Assembly: GCA_964016885.1 (NCBI GenBank)
Contig: OZ024740.1
Coordinates: 415,276,001 to 415,340,000, forward strand
Length of the DNA: 64,000 nucleotides
Direction: 5' to 3'
DNA from: Eledone cirrhosa
Lineage: Eukaryota
The notes below the pieces were generated by a model, which made no database searches, was not told the DNA's origin, and saw nothing but the letters and a program-made list of their open reading frames with translations. The position numbers and the translations under genes are program-made. This document shows positions 37,944-50,006 of the stretch, piece after piece. Each line of letters starts with the position of its first letter. The stretch's first letter is position 1.

Positions 37944-40820
37944 TCAAGGATCAATTTCCCCCTCGTCCCTCTGCATATGAAAGTCTGCTGTCCAGGTCGG
38001 TGGTCTACGACTTCGTTGTGATCTTCGTAGTATTGGGGCAGAGCTCTGGGTTTCCACCTCATCTTGGGTTTCCTCTTCCTCGGAGTCCGTCGACACAGTG
38101 ATTCTTCTTACATCCAGGACATGACGTGGTACCCCGTCCACGGACACATTGTTCTTTGAATTTACGGCCGTCACCGTTCCCCTTCCTCATTGAGATGTGC
38201 AACGTGCATCTGGGGGCTTAACCCAGACTTCTTCGCCCACCTGCACGAATGCACTCTCTCTCCCCACTGGCCATTGTGGTGGCATGCACGGGTGCCGCCA
38301 CTCGTATTTGAATACTGCTCTGTGTGGCACCGATTCCTCGACCTGTCCAACCCGAGGAGACATATTGTACCAGAACACTGCCTCCATTGGTGAGATATGG
38401 CCCCGCTCCGCCATTGCCTTGATCGTCCGGTGGTGGCGCTCCACGATTCCATTCCCGCTCGGCCTGTGCGCCGCTCTGAAGAAACGGTCCACCTTCCATC
38501 CATCGAGCATCTCCCTCAGTGCCTCCGAGCGGAACGCTGCGCTGTTGTCCATCAGCAGTTCGTCCACAGGGCCCCGCTCCAAGAACACCTCTCTCAACAT
38601 CCGCACGATTTCCTCGGCCGTTCCAGTCTTCATCTCCCTCCATATCGCCATTCGACCTGGTCCACAGTCGACCATCGAGAGGTATGTTCCCTGCCGGTAG
38701 TGCGTCACATCCACCGCTAATCGCTTCCAGTCGCGATCCACCGGGAGGCTTTCCGTTTCGTGTATACCCGGAGCGGGATCAATGGACTGACATCGGACGC
38801 AGCCTCTAACCCCCCCTCCCCCCCGAACACTGTGTCTGCTAACGTCCGAGTCGATTCTCCTGGCTAGGAACAGGCTCCTATCCACCCCCATGTGGTGCAT
38901 GTCATGCAACCCCTTCAGGTCTAACTCGGTCAGCCGACACACGGCAGCTATCTCATCCTCTACCTCCTCCGGCGCTTCCATCCAGGCTTTCTTCACTCTA
39001 GTTAAGATGTCTGCTCTATTTTTCTCTGAGGGCACGAACACTACGCTCAGCTTCAGGTCGAACTCGGTGGCCAGCTCTCCTAACGTTCTCAGGCGGCGCT
39101 TTATCAGCATCTCCGCCGCGCCTCTCGTTCGCACTCTCTTCTCACTGGTGAGCACTGATCTTACCCATCCGAGTACAGTAGCCGAGTCGGTGCATATCTT
39201 GATGGTGCGCAGCCCCCACCGCAGGGTGAGGTTCACCCCTCTCAACACCGCGTCCAGCTCGGCCACATTGATGTGGCTGCAGTCGTCCTTCTTTCTAAGC
39301 CAGGCTGCATCCTCGACCTCAACACCTCCTATCTCCAACGTGACACCCAGCGCTATGCTGCTGGCATCGCACCACACGGTCCCGCTCTGTGATTCGGGAA
39401 CGTACCAGCGTCCCCGCACTGGGTCGTCGGCCTTCACCCTCCCCACGATCTCCTGCATCATGGCCACCGTCCTCTCTCCCACTCTGTCACTCCAAGTCAC
39501 CCCTCCCGCTCGTCTCTTGACATAGCTGCATGCCGTCCGGAGCCACCCAGCGATCGGGTAGTGACCCACCAACTTTCCACACACCGAGAAAAGCTCCCGC
39601 CTATTCATATTTGGGCCCAGTTCCGGAACTTCGTTTCCCCTCTGGAACACCAAAACGCCCGTCTTGTCTCGCCGTAGCCTAAGTCCCAGCGCGGCTCCTC
39701 CCTCCAATGCTTCTGATGGCTTCGCAGTCAGTCCATACCTCCACAAATGGCTCGTGACCTCCGCCGTCGACACCACCGACTCGTCCACTAGGATGTCGTC
39801 AATATAGGAGTTAGTAGCCCTCTTTATCTTGTCGGCCCTCCCCAGAGCGGTCTTGAGGACCGCCGCCATGATCTTCGGTGCGGAGCTCAGCCCAAAACGG
39901 AGCCTGGTCAGGCAATATGTCCGGCCCTTATACCTGACCAGCTGATACCGCCAGAGCTTCTCATCTACATGCAACAGCAAGTAAGCCGACTTTAGATCCA
40001 CGATCGCTGAACCCCCCGTCATGCGTCTCCACTCACGCAGGGTTTCCCCACAGACATCCGTGACCTCGCCACCCGTGTGGCATGACACGTGCTCGTTCAG
40101 CTCCCGATAGTCCAGCACCGGCCTCACCTTGCTCTTCGTGGGTTGCACCACCGCCATCAACGACAATACTCCGCACTTCACCTCCTCCTTCCAGGGAAGC
40201 AGTATGCCCTCTTCGATCCATCTCTCTACTTCTCGCTCGAACTCGCTCCTAGCGTTTCCCTTCAATGTGTGTTGATAGCAGCCCACTTTGGTCTTCAGTG
40301 TTGGTGGTTCTCCCTTCCAGTACCACTCAACAACCCATCGCTGCCCATCAAACACGGCCTTGAAGTCTTTGTCCTGTACAGTGTAAGCGGGGTATTTCTC
40401 CTCGTGGGCCTTCTGGTTCTCATGACATGCACTCACAGCGCATACCGATGCAGCGGCGCCAAACGACACACCGACATTGTTCACCGTCACGCTCCCTAGA
40501 TGGCCAATCGCGTCCATGCCCATAACCACGCCGATCCCATCCACCACACTGTCTACCACGATGGCGGAAAGCCTTATCCTCCTTCCCCGTACCGCTATTT
40601 CCATCTCGCTGCGACCTCGGCATTCAATTTTCCTGCCGTCGACTGCCCTTACGCTGCTCTTCCCTCCCCACCTCTGCACCACCCCCGCGGTCACCAGTGT
40701 CGTCGTACAGCCTGTATCCACGAGGGCTCGCTGTGGCTTCCCCCTCATGAAGACTTCCACCACAGGCAGCGCCGCTACTCGTAAGGGGCAACTACCGGCG
40801 CAGTAGTTCCCCTTGGATCG
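37944..40820 (-). CDS. Pol polyprotein (protease, RT, RNase H, integrase) with one in-frame TGA at 38187-38189
   Basis: LVDTGC; VDLKSAY and YIDD; WCDAS, HINVAELDAV, TDS, NRAD; HHCC zinc motif and VD, MDN, NGIVER. Track ORF 37944-38174 is in frame after the TGA. Confidence 0.9.
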
Positions 40821-41536
40821 TTTCCCTGGTCGCAGTTAGTAGCCATGTGGCCTGGTCGCTTACACCGGTAGCAAATTATCTCCGGCTTTGACTCTCTACA
40901 GTCTCTAGCCATGTGCGGGCCCTGGCACCGAAAACAGCGCCCCCTAAACGCACGCGGACGGCCGCATGCCGAGGTTGCCTCCCTTTCACCATTTCGCTGC
41001 CAGGTGTCCTGAGCCTCCGTAGTTGCTATCGCCGCAAAACTCTTTTTGGCAACTTCCGCTATGATCCGGGCTTGTTCCACCAGTGAACGCATTTCCATCT
41101 CTTTATAACCCGGGACTTGCTGCAGTTTCACCGCTATGTCGTCCGGAAATCCATTGATGAACGCCAACCGCACCGTGCGTTCACATTCCGCCTGGTAACC
41201 GGCCAACATAGCCAACCGCCTTATTTCCGCTGCGAAAAGGTCGACGCGCTCACCATTCCACCTGATTCTCGCCAGCTTAGCAAAAGCCGCCAACGGTCCC
41301 TCGGCGAATGCATCCATCAGACGCCTCTCAATCTTCTGCACATCTCTTTGGCTGTGCTCGTCCAACTCAAGGAAGAGTACCAGCGCGTCGCCCTCGAGGT
41401 ACAATGCCATGAGGCCAGCCACGTCCTCTATCTTCTGCAAGCTTGCGACCAGCCGAACCTTCCACAGCCAAGCGACAACATCACCTTCCCCGGTGAATGC
41501 CCTGATAGCTTCGTTCATCTGTAGTCTTGTCGCCAT
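40775..41536 (-). CDS. Gag (253 aa) with two zinc knuckles
   Basis: CFRCQGPHMARDC and CYRCKRPGHMATNC; ATG about 65 nt after the 5' LTR. Confidence 0.9.
   Translation of the reverse strand: MATRLQMNEAIRAFTGEGDVVAWLWKVRLVASLQKIEDVAGLMALYLEGDALVLFLELDEHSQRDVQKIERRLMDAFAEGPLAAFAKLARIRWNGERVDLFAAEIRRLAMLAGYQAECERTVRLAFINGFPDDIAVKLQQVPGYKEMEMRSLVEQARIIAEVAKKSFAAIATTEAQDTWQRNGEREATSACGRPRAFRGRCFRCQGPHMARDCRESKPEIICYRCKRPGHMATNCDQGNDPRGTTAPVVAPYE
40783..40826 (-). promoter_or_regulatory. -1 programmed ribosomal frameshift signal
   Basis: In-frame slippery heptamer G GGA AAC, 5-nt spacer, then hairpin aaggggaactact...ggtagttgcccctt; the -1 frame is open into pol. Confidence 0.8.
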
Positions 41537-41602
41537 CTTCTGATTTGTCTTGCGGCAAGTGTTTTATTTATTTATTTTTTTTCTTCAGTCACCGAAATAG
41601 CT

Positions 41603-41893
41603 TGTGGTTAGAAAAAGCTATCTCACTTACCGCTTTTCACAGGCGCCGCTAAATTCCACTGCAGGTTACTCCTCTTTCACGTGCGTCCAACTGCTTAACA
41701 CTGGGAGCTGCCCAAAACTCGCGTCCACACCGTGTGCTGGTCACCACTAGAGAGAGGCCCTCTGCTCGCCCTTCCGGTCGAGCATCCTTCTGGCCAAAAA
41801 CCCCTTCCGGTCGAGCACTCCCCCGCACGCCACACACCCTTCCGGTCGAGCACTCCCCCGCCTCCGGCCACCGCACGCCACACCATACCCAGA
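41603..41893 (-). repeat. 5' LTR, 291 bp
   Basis: About 7 substitutions and a 35-bp internal duplication relative to the 3' LTR; terminal TG mutated to TC. Confidence 0.92.
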
Positions 41894-42459
41894 GGTCATT
41901 GACTGAACTGAAGAGCCCTCTCTATCATAAGAGATGAGCAGTAAGGATAAATATGATGTCATGGGTGTATGACAAGTGTGATGGGATTTGACAAGGTGAT
42001 GAGTAGGAGACTTCCAATAGCGAGGGAGATACTGTGATGATAACAGCTACTAGGCTGTTATTATTGGTGTGTCAAAATAAGATGCTGTAATTAGTCAAAT
42101 AGCATAGGTCAACTGTGTTAGCTTTGGAGTAGACATCTGATAGCATGGGAGGCACTGTGATGATAATAGCTACTAGGCTGTTATAATTAGTCTGTCAAGA
42201 TAAAACACTGTGTTAGACACAGCATACATATGAGATGGCATAATTCAGACATGTCTAGAAGTCACAATAACAGTGCTTGTTTTTTTCACGTAATATCCAT
42301 GTTATCTTGAATATAACATTGCTTCCTTTATATCAGCCAAATACAAAGACACACATAGTTTCCACCTAGAAGACTTTTACATTGATTTATTTATAATATA
42401 AAATGGAAGGTGTAGTTAGATTAGCTTTGTTGCTTTTGTGATAGAAAATATAGAAATAT

Positions 42460-43050
42460 ATTGATGACTGGGTCAATAAAGTAGTTACTCCTAGAAAATA
42501 TATTGATGTGTCAATAAAGTGGTTAACCCTAGAAATATATTGATGAATGTGTCAATATAGAAGTTAACCCTAAAATATATTGATGAATGGGTCAACATAG
42601 TTAACCCTAGAAATATATTGATGAATGGGTCAACAAAGGTAACCCTAGAAATATATTGATGTGTCAATAAAGTGGTTAACCCGAGAAATTTATTGATGAC
42701 TGGGTCAACAAAGTTAACCCTAGAAATATATTGATGACTGGGTCAACATAGTTAACCCTAGAAATATATTGATGACTGGGTCAACAAAGTTAACCCTAGA
42801 AATATATTGATGACTGGGTCAACATAGTTAACCCTAGAAATATATTGATGTGTTAATAAAGTAGTTAACCCGAGAAATATCTTGATGACTGGGGCAACAA
42901 AGTTAACCCTAGAAATATATTGATGAATGGGTCAACATAGTTAACCCTAGAAATTTATTGATGAATGTGTCAATATAATTAACCCTAGAAATATATTGAT
43001 GACTGGGTCAACATAGTTAACCCTAGAAATATATTGGTGACTGGGTCAAT
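42460..43050. repeat. About 38-40-bp minisatellite (agttaaccctagaaatatattgatgactgggtcaacat)
   Basis: About 15 tandem copies. Confidence 0.9.
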
Positions 43051-43304
43051 AAAGCGTTATATAAAACTTACTAAAAATTAGCTAAAAGCTACAAAACATT
43101 TATTGTAATTTATGCTAATTTTCCCCAGCATTTTCATTTAAGTTAGTTGACAACCCTGTATATGTATGCATATGTTTGTAAGTAGTTGTGTCTGGAATCC
43201 TATCCAGAAATATAATATTATGCCCCTTGCCCTGGAGAAGTCTGCTATCTATTTACTTTTGTTCTAGCACTCTACAATACCAGACTTTTATTATTATTAT
43301 TATT

Positions 43305-44003
43305 ATTGCTTTATGTCCTTACGGAGTCGATAAAATAAAGTACCAGTCACGCATTGGGTCGATAGATTAGCAGTATTGATAAAGCGTCGGACATGCTTTG
43401 CCACATAGAGTTACGCCCCTTTACGATCTGAGTTTACCTTTGCTTTTCACCCTTACGGAGTCGATAAAATAAAGCACCAGTAATGCACTCGCGTCGATTT
43501 AATCGACATTATCTTCCCCTCAAATTGCTGGCCTTGTGCATCAGTAGAGGGTCGGAAACCATGCTTTGCCGCATAGAGTTACGGCCCTTTATGATCTGAG
43601 TTCAAATCCCGCCGAGGTTAACTTTGCCTTTCATCCACGGGGTCGATAAAATAAAGTACCAGTAATACACTGGGATAATTGCTAACCTTGTGCCAAAAGT
43701 AGAAACAATTATTATCATTACCTTTCATCCTTACGGAGTCAATAAAATAAAGTACCAGTAATGCACTAGGGTTGATTGAATTCCCCAAAATTGTTGGCCT
43801 TGTGCCTAAACCAGAAAGTAGATTGGCAGTATCGGTGGAGGGTCGGACGCCATGCTTTCCAGCATAGTTACGTCCCTTTACGATCTGAGTTCAAATCCCG
43901 CCGAGGTTGACTTTGCCTTTCATCCTTACGGGGTTGATAAAATAAAGTACCAGTAATGCACTGGTTATTAGCTGGCCTTGTGCCTAAAGTAGAAACAATT
44001 ATC
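43305..44003 (+). mobile_element. Cluster of nested or tandem SINE family A copies
   Basis: The core gtcgataaaataaagtaccag occurs five times in the same orientation after an (ATT)n run. Confidence 0.8.
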
Positions 44004-44129
44004 ATTTTTCTCAAAGGCATTCCAACTATAACAGTTGCTTGATGTATGACGAGTCCAACTATAACAATGTATGCTTGATGTATTGAGTGTATTCAATATA
44101 TGTGTGAAAGTGATGTCCGAACGAGTATC

Positions 44130-44258
44130 CGCCATCACTAACTTGCTCTCCGCTTCTGGGTCCCAGCCGACAGTTGGAGAATGCATTGCCCCGGAGAACA
44201 GTGAAGGAGACGTGCTGGAACAGCCACTCCATATCGCAGGCCATTGTTTTCCTGTGTG
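44130..44258 (-). mobile_element. CRE-clade 3' remnant
   Basis: EWLFQHVSFTVLRGNAFS. Confidence 0.5.
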
Positions 44259-45990
44259 CACAGAACCCAATACAACGTCATCCAACGTGCAGATGTATGT
44301 ACACGACAGAACCCAGTATAACGTCATCCAACGTGCAGATGTATGTACACGACAGAACCCAGTATAACGTCATCCAACGTGCAGATGTATGTACACGACA
44401 GAACCCAGTATAACGTCATCCAACGTGCAGATGTATGTACACGACAGAACCCAGTATAACGTCATCCAACGTGCAGATGTATGTACACAACAGAACCCAG
44501 TACAACGTCATCCAACGTGCAGATGTATGTACACAACAGAACCCAGTACAACGTCATCCAACGGGCAGATGTATGTACACGACAGAACCCAGTATAACGT
44601 CATCCAACGTGCAGATGTATGTGCACGACAGAACCCAGTATAACGTCATCCAACGTGCAGATGTATGTGCACGACAGAACCCAGTACAACGTCATCCAAC
44701 GGGCAGATGTATGTACACGACAGAACCCAGTACAACGTCATCCAACGTGCAGATGTATGTGCACAACAGAACCCAATACAACGTCATCCAACGTGCAGAT
44801 GTATGTACACAACAGAACCCAGTACAACGTCATCCAACGTGCAGATGTATGTACACGACAGAACCCAGTACAACGTCATCCAACGTGCAGATGTATGTAC
44901 ACGACAGAACCCAGTACAACGTCATCCAACGGGCAGATGTATGTACACGACAGAACCCAGTACAACGTCATCCAACGTGCAGATGTATGTACACGACAGA
45001 ACCCAGTACAACGTCATCCAACGTGCAGATGTATGTACACGACAGAACCCAGTACAACGTCATCCAACGTGCAGATGTATGTACACGACATAACCCAGTA
45101 CAACGTCATCCAACGGGCAGATGTATGTACACAACAGAACCCAGTACAACGTCATCCAACGTGCAGATGTATGTACACAACAGAACCCAGTATAACGTCA
45201 TCCAACGGGCAGATGTATGTACACAACAGAACCCAGTACAACGTCATCCAACGTGCAGATGTATGTACACGACAGAACCCAGTATAATGTCATCCAACGG
45301 GCAGATGTATGTACACAACAGAACCCAGTACAACGTCATCCAACGTGCAGATGTATGTACACAACAGAACCCAGTATAACGTCATCCAACGTGCAGATGT
45401 ATGTACACAACAGAACCCAGTACAACGTCATCCAACGTGCAGATGTATGTACACGACAGAACCCAGTATAACGTCATCCAACGGGCAGATGTATGTACAC
45501 GACAGAACCCAGTATAACGTCATCCAACGGGCAGATGTATGTACACAACAGAACCCAGTATAACGTCATCCAGCGGGCAGATGTATGTACACGACAGAAC
45601 CCAGTATAACGTCATCCAACGTGCAGATGTATGTGCACAACAGAACCCAGTACAACGTCATCCAACGTGCAGATGTATGTACACGACAGAACCCAGTATA
45701 ACGTCATCCAACGGGCAGATGTATGTACACGACAGAACCCAGTATAACGTCATCCAACGTGCAGATGTATGTACACAACAGAACCCAGTATAACGTCATC
45801 CAGCGGGCAGATGTATGTACACGACAGAACCCAGTATAACGTCATCCAACGTGCAGATGTATGTGCACAACAGAACCCAGTACAACGTCATCCAACGTGC
45901 AGATGTATGTACACGACAGAACCCAGTATAACGTCATCCAACGGGCAGATGTATGTACACGACAGAACCCAGTATAATGTCATCCAACGT
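44259..45990. repeat. 46-bp homogeneous minisatellite, about 37 copies
   Basis: Unit cagaacccagtayaacgtcatccaacgkgcagatgtatgtrcacra with no spacers. Confidence 0.95.
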
Positions 45991-46477
45991 ATCCTTTTCT
46001 AAAACTATACTATTTGTAGCAGGTCGAGCGACGATGCGCGCACAGAATACTTCATTGACAGGTGTTCTGAAAGTAGGGTGGTACCAAAAGATAGTATATT
46101 TGGCTAAAAGGATGAGGGTGAAAGAAATGATTGAACTCTGAGAAACATTTGAGTTGATGAATGAGACTAAGATGTGTTTACAAAAGAACAAGACGTCCAA
46201 GCGACAATAACCAAGTTGGTTTATCAGAAGATTCCCAAACAAATTATATTATTAAAATGTCCTTAATGTTATACTTTGTGTCAACCCTTATGGTTAATAA
46301 AGAAAGCATTATTAAAATAACCAAATCATTCCAAAATAGGGAAAACATACAAATTACGCGTGTAAATTAAGAATGAAGTTTATTTTTTTTAAAGAAACAA
46401 GTGTTACATTCTAAAAGTGAAACTCAAAATTTATAGATTATTCTCGTATAGAGTCAATAACTAATTCTATTGTGAAT

Positions 46478-46655
46478 AATAATAATTGTTTCTACTTTTG
46501 GCACAATGCCATAAATTACCCAGTACATTACGGGTACTTTATTTTATCGACCCCGTAAGGATGAAAGGCAAAGTTAACCTCGGCGTGATTTGAACTCAGA
46601 ATGGCAAAGGCCGTAACTCAATGCGTCAAAGCATGGCGTCCGACCCTCTACCGAC
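46478..46655 (-). mobile_element. SINE family A copy
   Basis: Reverse complement of core and head; flanked by a repeated attgtgaataataataa. Confidence 0.8.
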
Positions 46656-46749
46656 GCCATGCTTTGACGCATTGTGAATAATAATAATAAATATAGTAAA
46701 ACAATATAATTGAGAATATGAAACTGATATAATGTTTAAAAAAACTTAC

Positions 46750-46794
46750 CATTGTTGGGTACTGAGCCCCACTGCTTGTTAATTCTCCGGCCAT
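46750..46794 (-). CDS. TMEM104: TMEM104 first coding exon, MAGELTSSGAQYPTM
   Basis: agaATGG start context and ATG|gtaagt donor; 45 nt, phase 0; resembles vertebrate MAGEITETGELYSSY as recalled. Confidence 0.85.
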
Positions 46795-48111
46795 TCTTAA
46801 ATTTACGAGGGTTTAAAAAAAATATAGATGAAGATAAAAGAGGGGAATATGAGAAAAAAAGATGAGAACAGTTGAGAATCTGATACTGAAATTAGTAAAA
46901 CTGGTCTTGTCAGCTGGTGAAATCTCTCTCGAGTGTATATGTCACATGAAGAATATTTAAATAAATATTATGTAATAATATAAGGAGATGACACTGCTAT
47001 TTGGGTTACATCTACAATTACATCTCTCATGAAATGTTGGTTTTGTTGAAATTAAATGACGTACTCGCTATACAATATATTATCGAAGTAAAAGAAAATT
47101 TTTTTATCCTTTATTGACAACAATGAAAAGCTTATCATATATTGTCGTCATTTTACCAATTAAATTCTAATCAAGTCTGCTATCAGTTAAAAGTTCAGAG
47201 TTTTCTCTTGACAAAATTTAGGGAAAAGAAAAAGTCAAGAAAATATAATGAATACATTGTACGACTTTCGTTGATCTAAAAGTAAATAAACCTCCGTCGA
47301 TTTCGACGACGAGTTACCCAGTTTGATTAAGAACGGCCCACTCATTAAATTAACACGTAAGTGGCTGAGTATTCCACAAACACGTAGAAAACTAATTAAG
47401 GCGGTGTTTGATATAATAATCGCTTTGTTTAAAACCATGATACTCAAAAATGGAGAAATAATTGAGTTTAGGAAGGAGTATTTCATTTTTTTCTTTCATT
47501 AATAATATGAAAAAGATATTCTATTTTAAAATGTTTTCAAATAAATTTATTCTAATAGTCATTTTATTTAGCATCATAAGAATGTACAGTAGTGGAATAA
47601 TTTTCAATGGGTATGTAATTTAGACAGGGACCGTAATAATTAAAACGTAACACAAATATTATATCCAGTAGAAAATATAAACACACTGGAAATGGTTGGG
47701 TGAAAATGTAGTTCTCGGTAATATCTGAAATTAAACACATCATTAAAATCAAACCTGATTTCTTGCTTTACTTATGGTTAAGTACATAAAACATGAAATA
47801 ATATACATGTGTCTATACGAGTCAAGCAAAACTGCGGAATGATATTTTGCATTATAAACAAAACAACTGCAATAAGTTGCCTCTGAAGAAATCAATCCCC
47901 TCGAACAACAAACACCAGCTTGCCTGACTTCAAACATCCTTGTAACCAAACAGCGATGCGTGGTTCACTTAAGTGCTCGCTACGTCGACCAGTTTCCGTC
48001 TAGTTGATGAGGACACACACATTGGATTCCGTATGTGTGAATTCATAAATATCACTACAGGAGCTATTGTCAACATCTATGAACTACAGCCGTTCTCTTG
48101 TCTCAGTACAT

Positions 48112-48551
48112 AATATTTGGCACTACCATGCTATTAGCTGTCAGAAATGAAAGTTTCGTCAATCTTCTCAATCGTAAACATCGTTTATTTACGTATTGTG
48201 GAGTTACTTAAATGAAAATATAGGTGGCCCTTAAAAGGGCCAAATTAGAAAACAAATTTAAGTTAATTAGAAAACAAGTCATGGTTATCAAATAAATTGT
48301 ATTTAATCATTTATATGTTCATAGTCATGGTTATCAATTTCATGTATAGGGTTGGTGAAAAAAATTTGATGTTGATAACTATGACTTGTTTTCTAATTAA
48401 CTTAAATTTGTTTTCTAATTTGGCCCTTTTAAGGGCCACCTATATTTTCATTTAAGTAACTCCACAATACGGAAATAAACGATGTTTACGATTGAGAAGG
48501 TTGACGAAACTTTCACTTCTGACAGCTAATAGCATGGTAGTGCCTAATATT
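48112..48551. mobile_element. Fold-back MITE-like element with about 180-bp inverted arms
   Basis: ggcactaccatgctattagctgtcagaa...gtcatggttatcaa versus ttgataactatgac...ttctgacagctaatagcatggtagtgcc, with few mismatches. Confidence 0.8.
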
Positions 48552-49403
48552 TCCTTCGTCACGCTTTTCTGAATCATATCTTGGAAGCCTGACGACCTAT
48601 ATCCCGTTGATATGGGGTATAGCTAGTCATGTGCCCTACCGACTGTTTCCTCATGTTTTTTTTAATAATGCCTTATTTTTAAAATGAAATTTTAGTGGGT
48701 TACATTTTCAAAGATGCAAAGCATAACTGAAAATTTTTTAAAGATTATTATTAATTTTTGGTAATTTATTACATCCATCTCGAGCGATATCCAATTTTAG
48801 TGGCCTAAATGCCACTTACTTCAATGTATGAGGCTATTCCAACAAATTTACATTCCCCCTTTTTTAGCCGTTAAAAGAAATATAGATTTATTTATTGTTT
48901 TTTTTTTGTGATTTATTTGCCACTGGGGCATAGATTTCTTTATTTGCCCCTTTTTTGTTTGTTTGTTTGTTTTTTTGCGATTTATTAGCCTTTTGGGGTC
49001 ACACACAACCCCGTAGAAAGTGTGCGACCTTTCTGCCAGGGAGCACAGAGAGAGGGGGGTGCTCCCTTCTTCTCTTACCTGTACAAGCCGATATAGAGAG
49101 ATGGCCCACTTACACGAGCCATTATTGCTACTTTCACCCATCTTTCATGGAATTGGCTGGGACTGAGTGCCTTTTTATCCACCTTGATCCTTCTTTCGAA
49201 GTGGTATCGGAAGAAGAGGACCATTTGTTGGCCGGCGACATATCCCCACAGTTTCCTCGTTGCAAACGCATCTGGGACATTTCTTTTCCAAGGGGTTTCC
49301 GGAATCCGTGTCTGTAGAGTCTTTCCCGAACGGGCAGGGTCCCTCGGTATAATAGTAAGTATTAGTGGTTGTAATAAAAATGCAATCAAAATGTAATAAA
49401 TAC

Positions 49404-49539
49404 ATTCACTGATTTCTTTCCTTATATTATCAACAGAAGTTGGTATGTCACCCAAAGTTCGCTTTGTATGTTCCCGAATAGCAGTGAATTTTGATAAAAC
49501 TGTTTCTAATTCCTTCTCCACAGTAAGACAAATATCCAT
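49404..49539 (-). pseudogene. RMND5: Orphan RMND5/GID2-like first coding exon
   Basis: MDICLTVEKELETVLSKFTAIREHTKRTLGDI resembles the RMND5A N-terminus MDQCVTVERELEKVLHKF as recalled; 136 nt ending at a weak phase-1 GT; no further exons recognised. Confidence 0.6.
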
Positions 49540-49816
49540 GTGTAGTTGAAGAGGATAAGTATGAAAGAACAGTCATTTAAATTTACAGATGGACAGATGT
49601 GGTATTTGGCAGGGTTTGAGATATATAGAAAAATAATTATTTACAGAAAAAGAAAATAATAATAAAGAATTATTATAATTTTTTTTAAGATTTATATCTT
49701 TTTGGACTACACATGGTCCTCTTCTTCCGATACCACTTCGAAAGAAGGATCAAGGTGGATAAAAAGGCACTCAGTCCCAGCCAATTCCATGAAAGATGGG
49801 TGAAAGTAGCAATAAT

Positions 49817-50006
49817 TGTTTCTACTTTAGGCACAAGGCCAGCAATTACCCAGTGCATTACTGGTACTTTATTTTATCGACCCCGTAAGGATGAAAGGCA
49901 AAGTCAACCTCGGCGGGATTTGAACTCAGATCGTAAAGGGACGTAACTATGCTGGAAAGCATGGCGTCCGACCCTCTACCGATACTGCCAATCCACCGCC
50001 CTTATT
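49817..50006 (-). mobile_element. SINE family A copy with 17-bp TSD
   Basis: gtgaaagtagcaataat at 49800-49816 and 50007-50023; absent from the left arm. Confidence 0.9.

Larger units (their letters stand above)
37675..41893 (-). mobile_element. Full-length compact LTR retrotransposon (gag, PR-RT-RH-IN order)
   Basis: Two LTRs, 5-bp TSD GGTCA at 37670-37674 and 41894-41898, polypurine tract AGGGGGGCG next to the 3' LTR, gag and pol ORFs. Confidence 0.95.

Noticed and set aside
38187-38189. In-frame TGA in pol as selenocysteine or programmed readthrough
   Set aside because: It falls where Trp is plausible in the integrase C-terminal region; a TGG-to-TGA mutation is simpler.
38190-41524. Plus-strand ORFs over the LTR element
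   Set aside because: Antisense shadows of GC-rich gag/pol with no recognisable motifs.
42460-43050. Interstitial telomere (TAACCC motif)
   Set aside because: Only one TAACCCTA per ~39-bp unit; not a (TTAGGG)n array.
44259-45990. CRISPR array or repetitive protein gene
   Set aside because: Head-to-tail units with no unique spacers, no cas genes and a eukaryotic context. The unit length is not a multiple of 3 and stops are scattered.
49075-49539. 154-aa ORF as an intact gene
   Set aside because: Fusion of the RMND5-like exon, intron-like sequence and a LINE fragment.
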